Origin: Candidatus Nomurabacteria bacterium
GTDB lineage: Bacteria > Patescibacteriota > Minisyncoccia > Phycocordibacterales > UBA9973
Direction of reading: 5' to 3'
DNA length: 64,000 bases
NCBI GenBank assembly: GCA_023267275.1
Contig: JAHFNO010000005.1
Coordinates: forward strand, 9,462 to 73,461
A program made the translations under genes and the position numbers. The notes beneath the pieces are model-generated. The model had not been told where the DNA came from and made no database searches. It saw nothing but the letters and a program-made list of their open reading frames with translations. Each line of letters starts with the position of its first letter. Within the stretch, counting starts at the first letter, position 1. Positions 17,973 through 25,929 of this stretch are shown here, piece after piece.

Positions 17973-18623
17973 ATGGTATTTAATCCTGAAGATCATAATG
18001 AAGAAAAGGAATTTCTCGGTAAAAATAAAAAATCGATGAAATTTGTGCGCGGTGAAAATGCAGTAGATACAAGGCTTGAGCAGGCAATTGATACTGATAC
18101 ATTGCATGAGTTTATTTCTCCAGAAAATGGTGGCGCACAGTTTGAAGAAGGCAAGCAGACTAAGGATGATTACGAGGCAAAAAAGAAACAGTTTGAGGAG
18201 CGAGAGGTCTTGGTAAAAAGGGAAATCGAAAAACAGTATGCGAAGTATTTCCATGAAAACGATGAAAAAGAAAAACCTGAGGCGGTCGCTGAAGAAGATA
18301 CAAATGAGACTACACTCCCCGGACGTGAATCGATAGCCTCTCGGTATAGAGGAGTGAGTCGGAATAAAGTTCTTTTTAGAACAAGAGAAAGACATTCTCG
18401 ACCCAATGGTACAAAAAGTAATAATAACGGTAAAGATAATTTTAAAACTCTACCTGCTTCATTGAAGATAAAATCTTGGAAGGATAAAATTAGAAACTTT
18501 TTTCATTTTCAAGGTCCACATACAGATATAGATCCTTGGGAGGTACACGAAGACCAGTTAGAGGAGCAAGACAAACAAAGAGAAAAAAATATTGAAACAC
18601 TTATGAAAGGTTTCAAAGAATAA
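17973..18623 (+). CDS. Hypothetical charged protein
   Basis: 216-aa ORF with TATAAT 8 nt upstream and a terminator-like hairpin downstream. Confidence 0.7.
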   Translation: MVFNPEDHNEEKEFLGKNKKSMKFVRGENAVDTRLEQAIDTDTLHEFISPENGGAQFEEGKQTKDDYEAKKKQFEEREVLVKREIEKQYAKYFHENDEKEKPEAVAEEDTNETTLPGRESIASRYRGVSRNKVLFRTRERHSRPNGTKSNNNGKDNFKTLPASLKIKSWKDKIRNFFHFQGPHTDIDPWEVHEDQLEEQDKQREKNIETLMKGFKE

Positions 18624-18675
18624 TAGTGCTAAAAAATAATCCCAACCTCGGGATTATTTTTTTTGTCATATATAA

Positions 18676-19065
18676 AAATATTTTTTAAATTTCGTTCTCC
18701 ATTTTTCCGCTTCTTTTTTTGAACGCATAAGCGTAATTTTTGTTGGGTCATTTCAGTATTTAGAATCGATTGTCGCAATCAAACACTCGTATGACACAGA
18801 TGCTAGTTTTAAAGAAGCGATTCGCTCTACAACACGAAATGTTTTGCTTCATGCTGGCAAGACAGAAATTACTGATGAATTGATTGATTACGGTGTGCTT
18901 TTTCTCTTACAAGAGCTTGCCTTTATTGCATATGCACCGAGTATTCTCAAAAAAGAAAAAATAGCATACGTATATCATCAAACAATGGATGTACTCAAAA
19001 AAACGCTGAGCGGTATGTATTCATTTCTAGCCAATCCTAATGTCGGATTTGTTACTGTGCAGTAA
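18676..19065 (+). pseudogene. 5'-truncated remnant resembling a tRNA-dependent cyclodipeptide synthase C-terminus
   Basis: Frame open from 18676 with no ATG near its start; FLLQELAF...PSILKKEKIAYVYH resembles the CDPS YxxxExP...YH region. Confidence 0.45.
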
Positions 19066-19072
19066 AAAATTA

Positions 19073-19098
19073 AAAACTCCCTCATGTGAGGGAGTTTT
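19073..19098. terminator. Bidirectional terminator
   Basis: aaaactccctca-tg-tgagggagtttt between convergent ORFs. Confidence 0.75.
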
Positions 19099-19110
19099 AT
19101 AATATAAGTA

Positions 19111-19683
19111 CTATCTCTTTCTTCGCATCAATATCACTGCAACCAAGATTACGTTGAGTACAGTGAGGGTGATGGGGAAGAGCCAGGTTTCGAGCGTATA
19201 GGATTCGAGTGCGAAGAATGCGATGAAAAATTTTAGTCCGTTTAATGCGAACGTGACCACGGTTTCTTGTTTTGGATGGAGGTACGCGTTGTGAAGGGTT
19301 GGAATAAATCCGATCGCGTATGTTGTACAGGTCAGCACGATTGCGAGGATTGGATTGTCGGTGCGAAGCCACAGGAAGAGCGTGATGAACGCGCCGGCGA
19401 GTGGAAGCCAGTCATACAGTGTGAAGTGTTCGTCGCATTTGAAAAATGAAACGAGTGCAATCGTAAAACACATGACTGCAGTAAAACCGGTAATCCAAAC
19501 TCCTGATCCACCATGCGCACCACTTTGCACGGAAAATGCGATTGCTGAAAGTACACCCCAGATAAACCAAGAAATTGTTCGAGGAATTGTTCCTCGTTTG
19601 AATATGTTGAAGAAATAATCAGAATAACTGATTACTGCAATACCTATCGGTATGATTCCAAGAATTTCTTTGTACTCGTGCAT
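19111..19683 (-). CDS. Multi-pass membrane protein (PQ-loop-like)
   Basis: About six hydrophobic segments, P..ISWFIW, IPT. Confidence 0.75.
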   Translation of the reverse strand: MHEYKEILGIIPIGIAVISYSDYFFNIFKRGTIPRTISWFIWGVLSAIAFSVQSGAHGGSGVWITGFTAVMCFTIALVSFFKCDEHFTLYDWLPLAGAFITLFLWLRTDNPILAIVLTCTTYAIGFIPTLHNAYLHPKQETVVTFALNGLKFFIAFFALESYTLETWLFPITLTVLNVILVAVILMRRKR

Positions 19684-19814
19684 CCCGTTAGAGATAGGAA
19701 ATTAAAAAATTTCCGTCATGGATTAAACTGATAATTGTATTTTTTATAGATATTTTTACCGTAAAAATTATTCCAGATAGAAACAGGACCGTCTCTAACG
19801 GGATGTATGAGTGA

Positions 19815-20378
19815 CTACGCAACAATATCTTTTCTACCAAATAATTTTCCCCCATGCCATGGAGTGCCGAGGGCGGGAAGTACGAAGAAATCAAATCCAA
19901 CATAGCCCGCAATTTTCCAGGCGAGGATAATTCCAATGCTGAGGGTAAAGAGAATCGGATTTACACTGACAGTGCCCGCAAGAAGGTAGTTGAGATTCAT
20001 AAAGAGTCCAAAGAATGCGGCGATACCAGTGAGAAGTCCAATGATGAGGGCTACACCGACGAGCAATTCACCCCATGCAACGAGATGTGACCAAAAAGCT
20101 GCGTGAGGAAGTACGACGTTTTGTAAAAAAGCTCCATACCAACCAGAAACATCTGGGTGTGCACCATTTATTTTTTGTAATGCACCTTGTACGAAGCCTG
20201 AAACTGCGGGGCCAGCGTTTGGACCAACCCAAACAGGGTTGTGAATCTTCTCCCAACCTGCCATAAGCCATTCGTATCCGACATACACGCGTACAATGAG
20301 CCAGAACCACGCCATTTTTGTATTAGAGAATAAAAATTTTGATACAGGAGACTCTTCGATGATGATATTTTTTGACAT
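19815..20378 (-). CDS. DoxX/DoxD-family membrane protein
   Basis: RVYVGYEWLMAGWEK, GELLVGVALIIG, AGYVGFD. Confidence 0.9.
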   Translation of the reverse strand: MSKNIIIEESPVSKFLFSNTKMAWFWLIVRVYVGYEWLMAGWEKIHNPVWVGPNAGPAVSGFVQGALQKINGAHPDVSGWYGAFLQNVVLPHAAFWSHLVAWGELLVGVALIIGLLTGIAAFFGLFMNLNYLLAGTVSVNPILFTLSIGIILAWKIAGYVGFDFFVLPALGTPWHGGKLFGRKDIVA

Positions 20379-20779
20379 AGAGATAATAAATTAAGAATTA
20401 GGAATTTTTACACAAAACACCCGAATGATGAACCATATTTATTAAAAATAATTACATTTTGACCTTTACAAAAAAATATATTACCAGTGGAATGCTTCGT
20501 ATGAGTATTGCAGTGTAATGCTCTAAAATTACTCAACGAAAAACAAGAGAAAAAATGAGTTATCCACTATTGCTGGTGGTTCGACGGGGGATGTATACTG
20601 TGCAAACAGTTTGAGATTTGTTCATCGATTGGAAGTATACACCCGTGCCGTTTTTTGTGCCAGATTTCTTTCTTGTTTGCGTGAGAAGTTCATTTTCGCT
20701 TATTTGTATAATCACCAATAAGCGTTTTTATCGCCCGTATCCCTATCGAATTCTATTATTAGGTCAGCTGTATAATTGT

Positions 20780-21316
20780 ATGAGAAAAAAGAATTGGTTT
20801 GCATATACCCTTGGGCTTGCACTGTGCTTTTTTGTTCGTCTGATTCCGTTCCGTGCCCCCAATGTAGAACCAATTCTCGCCGCACAAATGCCATTTTCTC
20901 GCGTCTACGGCGCATTCTCTGGCTTTCTCTTCGGTTTTGCGAGTATCGTCTTGTTTGATTTTGTCACACAGCGCGTAGGAATCTGGACACTCATTACAGC
21001 ATTTACATACGGATTTTTGGGTCTTGGTGCAAATCTCTATTTTAAAAACAAAGAAAACAGTGCTCGCTCATACGTCACCTTCGCTATCTTCGCCACACTT
21101 TTCTATGACGCAATTACCGGACTCACTGTGGGACCACTCTTTTTTCATGAATCATTCATGATTGCGCTTGTCGGACAGATACCATTTACTGCACTCCATC
21201 TTTTAGGAAATATTTCCTTCGCATACTTTATTAGTCCGAGTTTGTATCGAGTGCTCACCAGTGAAAGAGAAACAACACGTGCAATTATTAGTAACCCTCT
21301 TATCAAACTTTCATAA
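20780..21316 (+). CDS. ECF-type S-component, probably cobalamin-specific (CbrT/BtuM-like)
   Basis: RLIP..PNVEPI, six TM helices, IPF...H..GN; 5 nt upstream of nrdJ. Confidence 0.75.
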   Translation: MRKKNWFAYTLGLALCFFVRLIPFRAPNVEPILAAQMPFSRVYGAFSGFLFGFASIVLFDFVTQRVGIWTLITAFTYGFLGLGANLYFKNKENSARSYVTFAIFATLFYDAITGLTVGPLFFHESFMIALVGQIPFTALHLLGNISFAYFISPSLYRVLTSERETTRAIISNPLIKLS

Positions 21317-21321
21317 TATTT

Positions 21322-23649
21322 ATGGCAAAGAAAACAATCAAAAAAGCAAAAGCTTCGGTCGCAAAGAAAAGTGCAAAAGCAGTAAAAGCTTCTAAGGATG
21401 CAAAGATTACTTTGATTCAGAAGCGTGATGGAAACGTAGTTCCATTTTCTATTGAACGAATCGAGCGTGCCGTATTGAAAGCGTTTGGTGCCACAAACGA
21501 AGGAGGGGAGAAGGAAGCAAAAAGTGTTGCTGATAAAGTGGTGCATATCCTTGCGCATCACAAAGAAGAAGCAGGCAAAGGATATGTTCCACACGTTGAA
21601 CGTGTACAAGACTTTGTTGAACAGGCATTGATCGCTCTTTCATTTCCTGTTACTGCCAAGGCATACATTCTCTACCGTGAAGAACGCGCTCAGAAACGAA
21701 AGGCAGGCGTGTTTGTACCTGAAAAAGTAAAGGAGCTCGTAGCACAAAGTAAAAAATATTTCCGCAATCCTTTGGCCGAGCTCGTGTACTATCGTTCGTA
21801 TTCCAATTGGATGAGCGAGGAAGGCCGCCGCGAAACTTGGATTGAAACAGTCGACCGCTACATTTCATTTATGAAAGAAAATCTCGGTTCAAAACTTTCA
21901 AATGCCGAATATGCAGAAGTACGTGAAGCCATCCTCAATCATGAAGCACTTCCATCAATGCGTCTTTTGCAGTTTTCCGGAAAAGCAGCGCATCGTACAA
22001 ATGTGTGTGCATACAACTGTTCATTTATTGCTCCGCAATCATTCCAGGATTTTGCTGAAATTATGTACATCTCCATGTGTGGAACTGGTGTGGGTTGGTC
22101 TGTAGAAAGTCGCAATATTCAAGCGCTTCCTCAGGTACAAATGCAAACAGGCAAAAAACTCCCAACGCATATCGTGGTGGATAGTAAGGAAGGTTGGGCA
22201 GATGCATTCTCTCTTGGAATGAAAACATGGTACGAAGGAAACAATATTGATTTCAATTTCTCGTTGCTTCGTCCAGCCGGTGCTCGTTTGAAAACAATGG
22301 GAGGAAAGAGTTCTGGTCCTGCACCACTTCAAGCACTCCTCGAGTTTACTCGTGAACGTATTCTTCGTCGACAAGGACGTCACCTTACAAACCTCGATGC
22401 GCATGACATCATCTGTAAAATCGGAGACTGTGTTGTGGCTGGAGGAGTTCGTCGTAGCGCGATGATTTCACTTTCTGATCTTGATGATGAAGCAATTCGT
22501 GATTCAAAGAAAGGACAATTTTATCTCAACGAAGGTCAGCGTTCTCTCGCAAACAATTCTGCTGTGTATGAAGCAAAGCCAAGCACGGAAGAATTTTTGG
22601 ATGAATGGGTTTCTCTCGTGAAGTCCGGTTCCGGTGAGCGTGGAATCTTCAATCGTGGCGGTCTTGCAAAGACATTGCCAAAGCGCCGCCTCGATCAATT
22701 CAAAGGTGGTATCTATCCAGCATGGGGAACAAATCCATGTGGAGAAATTATTTTGCAGTCAAAACAATTTTGTAATCTTTCCGAAGTAGTGGCTCGCGCA
22801 GAAGACACAGAAGAGACACTCATGAAGAAGATTCGCATCGCAACAATTCTTGGAACATATCAATCTACACTTACATTCTTCCCATATCTTTCAAAAGAAT
22901 GGAAAAAGAATTGTGACAAGGAGCGATTGCTCGGAGTTTCGATCACTGGTCAGTGGGATAGTAGTACGGCGCGAAAGGCTGATGTTCTTGTTCGACTCAA
23001 GAATGAGGCGATTAAGGTCAACAAAAAGTACGCAGAAAAATTTGGTATCACACAATCTACCTGTATTACTTGTGTGAAGCCTTCAGGAACTGCATCACAG
23101 ACCGTGGATTGTTCAAGTGGAATGCACCCTCGTCATGCTCCATACTATATCCGTCGTATTCGTATTTCTGCGACAGACGCACTCTTCAAAATGCTTCGCG
23201 ACCAAGGTGTGCCGTATTATCCAGAAGTTGGACAGACAATGGAAAATGCATCAACCTTTGTTCTTGAATTTCCCGTAAAAGCTCCAGATGGTGCTATCTG
23301 TAAAGATGACGTCGATGCTATCACTCAACTCGAACACTGGAAGGTAGTAAAAGAAAATTATACTGAACACAATCCTTCTGTAACCGTTTCTGTAGGAGAA
23401 GATGAGTGGATCAAGGTGGGCAACTGGGTATATGAAAACTGGGACATCGTTGGTGGACTTTCATTCTTGCCTCGCAGTAATCACGTGTATCGACTCGCTC
23501 CATATGAAGCCATTACAAAAGAAAAATACGAAGAACTTTTGAAACAAGTAAGTCACATCGATTTCTCAAAGATTGTCACGTACGAGAAAGATGATGAGAC
23601 TGAAATTAAGAAGGAACTTGCTTGTGTTGCTGGTGTGTGTGAAGTGTAA
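21322..23649 (+). CDS. nrdJ: Class II (adenosylcobalamin-dependent) ribonucleotide reductase with ATP cone
   Basis: KRDG ATP cone, YNC, TNPCGE, TCVKPSGT, C-terminal CVAGVCEV. Confidence 0.93.
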   Translation: MAKKTIKKAKASVAKKSAKAVKASKDAKITLIQKRDGNVVPFSIERIERAVLKAFGATNEGGEKEAKSVADKVVHILAHHKEEAGKGYVPHVERVQDFVEQALIALSFPVTAKAYILYREERAQKRKAGVFVPEKVKELVAQSKKYFRNPLAELVYYRSYSNWMSEEGRRETWIETVDRYISFMKENLGSKLSNAEYAEVREAILNHEALPSMRLLQFSGKAAHRTNVCAYNCSFIAPQSFQDFAEIMYISMCGTGVGWSVESRNIQALPQVQMQTGKKLPTHIVVDSKEGWADAFSLGMKTWYEGNNIDFNFSLLRPAGARLKTMGGKSSGPAPLQALLEFTRERILRRQGRHLTNLDAHDIICKIGDCVVAGGVRRSAMISLSDLDDEAIRDSKKGQFYLNEGQRSLANNSAVYEAKPSTEEFLDEWVSLVKSGSGERGIFNRGGLAKTLPKRRLDQFKGGIYPAWGTNPCGEIILQSKQFCNLSEVVARAEDTEETLMKKIRIATILGTYQSTLTFFPYLSKEWKKNCDKERLLGVSITGQWDSSTARKADVLVRLKNEAIKVNKKYAEKFGITQSTCITCVKPSGTASQTVDCSSGMHPRHAPYYIRRIRISATDALFKMLRDQGVPYYPEVGQTMENASTFVLEFPVKAPDGAICKDDVDAITQLEHWKVVKENYTEHNPSVTVSVGEDEWIKVGNWVYENWDIVGGLSFLPRSNHVYRLAPYEAITKEKYEELLKQVSHIDFSKIVTYEKDDETEIKKELACVAGVCEV

Positions 23650-23800
23650 AAAAGTTGAAAGTTTATAAAGTTCATAAAGTTGAAAGTCATACAAATGGAG
23701 ACACTCAAAGTTTGCATTCTTCTCCCTCTTTACCAAGGGGGAGATTAAGAGGGGGTGCATTTTCTTTATACTTTCAACTTTATACTTTATACTTATTCAT

Positions 23801-24358
23801 ATGCTCTACACTCGAAAAGGCGATAGTGGTACTACAAAAACATTTGGTTGCGATCAACGAGTTTCAAAAAGCTCGGCTATTGCTGAGGCACTCGGCTCGC
23901 TCGATGAAATCAATTCATTCCTTGGACTTTTGAAACTCAAAGCTGGCAGTGCTGTGTGGTCATTGCCAAACCAAGAACTTGCTGTGGCGGAAACTGTCAA
24001 TCGTATTCAACAAGATTTGTTTATCGTGCAGGCCGAACTCGCCGGTGCAGAAAAAACGATTGCTGAAGACAAGGTTAAATGGCTTGAATCCATTATTGAT
24101 GGAATAGAAAAGACACTGCCTCCTATCACCACATTCTTCGTCTCTGGTGGTACAGAACTCGCCGCACTTTCCGATGTTTGTCGCACAATTGTACGCCGTG
24201 CAGAACGCCGTGTGGTGGCCGTACAAGAGGAGGGAACTCGACCAGTGGGTGAATTTACTCGCGCCTACCTCAATCGTCTCTCAAGTGTATTTTACGCCTT
24301 TGCCCGCGAGGCAAATCATGTGACAGGTATAGTCGAAGAATCACCAAAGTATCAATAA
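23801..24358 (+). CDS. PduO-type cob(I)alamin adenosyltransferase
   Basis: LYTRKGDSGTT, GSLDEINS, RTIVRRAER, YLNRLS. Confidence 0.95.
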   Translation: MLYTRKGDSGTTKTFGCDQRVSKSSAIAEALGSLDEINSFLGLLKLKAGSAVWSLPNQELAVAETVNRIQQDLFIVQAELAGAEKTIAEDKVKWLESIIDGIEKTLPPITTFFVSGGTELAALSDVCRTIVRRAERRVVAVQEEGTRPVGEFTRAYLNRLSSVFYAFAREANHVTGIVEESPKYQ

Positions 24359-24367
24359 AATTTTTAG

Positions 24368-25003
24368 GTGATGAAAAAAATCTATTTTGTCCGACATGGT
24401 GAGAGTGAGGGAAATGCAGGTCTTATACAACAAGACCGCTCTTCTCCGTTGACTAAAAAAGGCAAGGAGCAAGTTACTTCAGTTGCTCAACGTTTTATAA
24501 AACTTCCAATAGAAATCGTTTTAAGTAGTTCAATGATTCGAGCAAAAGAAACGGCAGAAATTATTTCCGGCACAACAAATGTGTCAATTGAATTCTCTGA
24601 TTTGTTTGCGGAACGTAGAAAGCCATCAATTATGTATGGAAAACGTAAAGACAATCCAGCTTCAGTAGAAGCATACAAAGATGTTGTTATAAATTTTCAT
24701 CTACCCGGATTTCGTCATTCTGATGAAGAAAATTTTGATGATTTAAAAAAACGTGCCCTTAGTGCACTAGCGTATTTATCAAATCGACCTGAAGAACACA
24801 TCGTTGTTGTTACACACGCTTATTTTTTGCGTATACTCATTGCCTGTGTTTTGTTTGGAGATACCCTGACTGGAGAAGAGTGTTCTCGATGTACTCAAAT
24901 TTTTTATGCTGAAAATACAGGGGTTACTATTATTAGTTATGATGCAGAAAAAGAGAATCCTTGGCGAATTTGGGTTTGGAACGACCATGCGCACCTAGAT
25001 TAA
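24368..25003 (+). CDS. Histidine phosphatase family protein (CobC-like by context)
   Basis: FVRHGES, RAKETA, VVTH. Confidence 0.88.
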   Translation: MMKKIYFVRHGESEGNAGLIQQDRSSPLTKKGKEQVTSVAQRFIKLPIEIVLSSSMIRAKETAEIISGTTNVSIEFSDLFAERRKPSIMYGKRKDNPASVEAYKDVVINFHLPGFRHSDEENFDDLKKRALSALAYLSNRPEEHIVVVTHAYFLRILIACVLFGDTLTGEECSRCTQIFYAENTGVTIISYDAEKENPWRIWVWNDHAHLD

Positions 25004-25074
25004 TGAGTTTTTTATCCCCACTTGCATGATTTTAAGAGAGGTGTACACTGCGAGAGTAGTTAATAAAAAAATAG

Positions 25075-25240
25075 TTTGTGATTGGGGAAGTGAGGTTTGA
25101 ATCCTCCACAGTGCCGCTACGGTGATACCAAGACTCTCTTGGGAAGTCCGAATGCCAATCATAAATAGTGTGTCCCGAGCAGGAAATGTAGCGCGTGTTA
25201 AGCGCTCGTCTCTACAAAGTCCCTCGGAAGGGATTTTTTT
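25075..25240 (+). promoter_or_regulatory. Cobalamin riboswitch (short type) with intrinsic terminator
   Basis: GGGAA..GAGGTTTGAATCCTC..CAGTGCCGCTACGGT..GAAGTCCG; closing stem tttgtgattgg/ccaatcataaa; terminator 25216-25240; promoter TTGCAT/TACACT at 25022-25049. Confidence 0.82.
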
Positions 25241-25263
25241 GTTGTACAAATCTCGGTTTCTCC

Positions 25264-25305
25264 AATATCCGTTTTCACAAGTGGCCACTTGTGAAAACGG
25301 ATATT
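25264..25305. repeat. 42-bp perfect palindrome
   Basis: aatatccgttttcacaagtgg|ccacttgtgaaaacggatatt. Confidence 0.9.
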
Positions 25306-25321
25306 AGAAAGAAGAAAAAAT

Positions 25322-25837
25322 ATGCATAAAAAATACACAATTTTCTCAGTTATTATTTTTGTTGCGATTCTCGCAGGCTTTTTTGCTATGACAAAAAAGC
25401 CTGCGCAAACACCAGCAGTTACTCCATCTACTCCTCCTGTATCTGTTGTACAAAATATCGGAGCGACAAAAAAAGAAACTCCCGCAACGCCTCCTTCAAC
25501 ACAAATCACAGAGAAAGATTCTGTTGCGAAGCCAACTCTTTCAGTAAGTCCTGACACCACTACAATCAAGCTTATTGTTGGAGACGCAACAACATCTCTT
25601 TCGGCTCCAACAAACAGCTCTTTGTATCAGATGCTCAAGATTGCTCAAATGCAAGGACAAATTACATTTTCTGGAAAACAATATTCAGGACTTGGATTTT
25701 TTGTGACTGCAATCGGTGGTTTGCAAAGCGGGGGAGGAAAGAATTTGTTGTATTACATTAATGGCAAAGAGGCGTCGGTCGGCGTGTCTACCTATATTCC
25801 GCAAAACGGCGACGTTGTGGAGTGGAAATTAGAATAA
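25322..25837 (+). CDS. DUF4430 (transcobalamin beta-domain-like) membrane-anchored protein
   Basis: GLGFFVTAIGG, YYINGKEASVGVSTYIPQNGDVVEWK. Confidence 0.85.
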   Translation: MHKKYTIFSVIIFVAILAGFFAMTKKPAQTPAVTPSTPPVSVVQNIGATKKETPATPPSTQITEKDSVAKPTLSVSPDTTTIKLIVGDATTSLSAPTNSSLYQMLKIAQMQGQITFSGKQYSGLGFFVTAIGGLQSGGGKNLLYYINGKEASVGVSTYIPQNGDVVEWKLE

Positions 25838-25843
25838 AAATTT

Positions 25844-25918
25844 GGTCATTCCCGGCCTGACCGGGAATCCAGGCTAAATGAATTCAACCCTGGATCCTGA
25901 AACAAGTTCAGGATGACC
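25844..25918. repeat. REP/RPE-like palindromic element (family A)
   Basis: gtcattcccgg..ccgggaatcc...ggatcctgaaacaagttcaggatgac; relatives at 12783, 45469, 47374, 54451, 61291. Confidence 0.85.
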
Positions 25919-25929
25919 CTAAAAATTTT

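Noticed and set aside
20560-20580. Possible NrdR box or DnaA box upstream of the nrdJ operon
   Set aside because: Several mismatches to consensus and only a single site; not supportable
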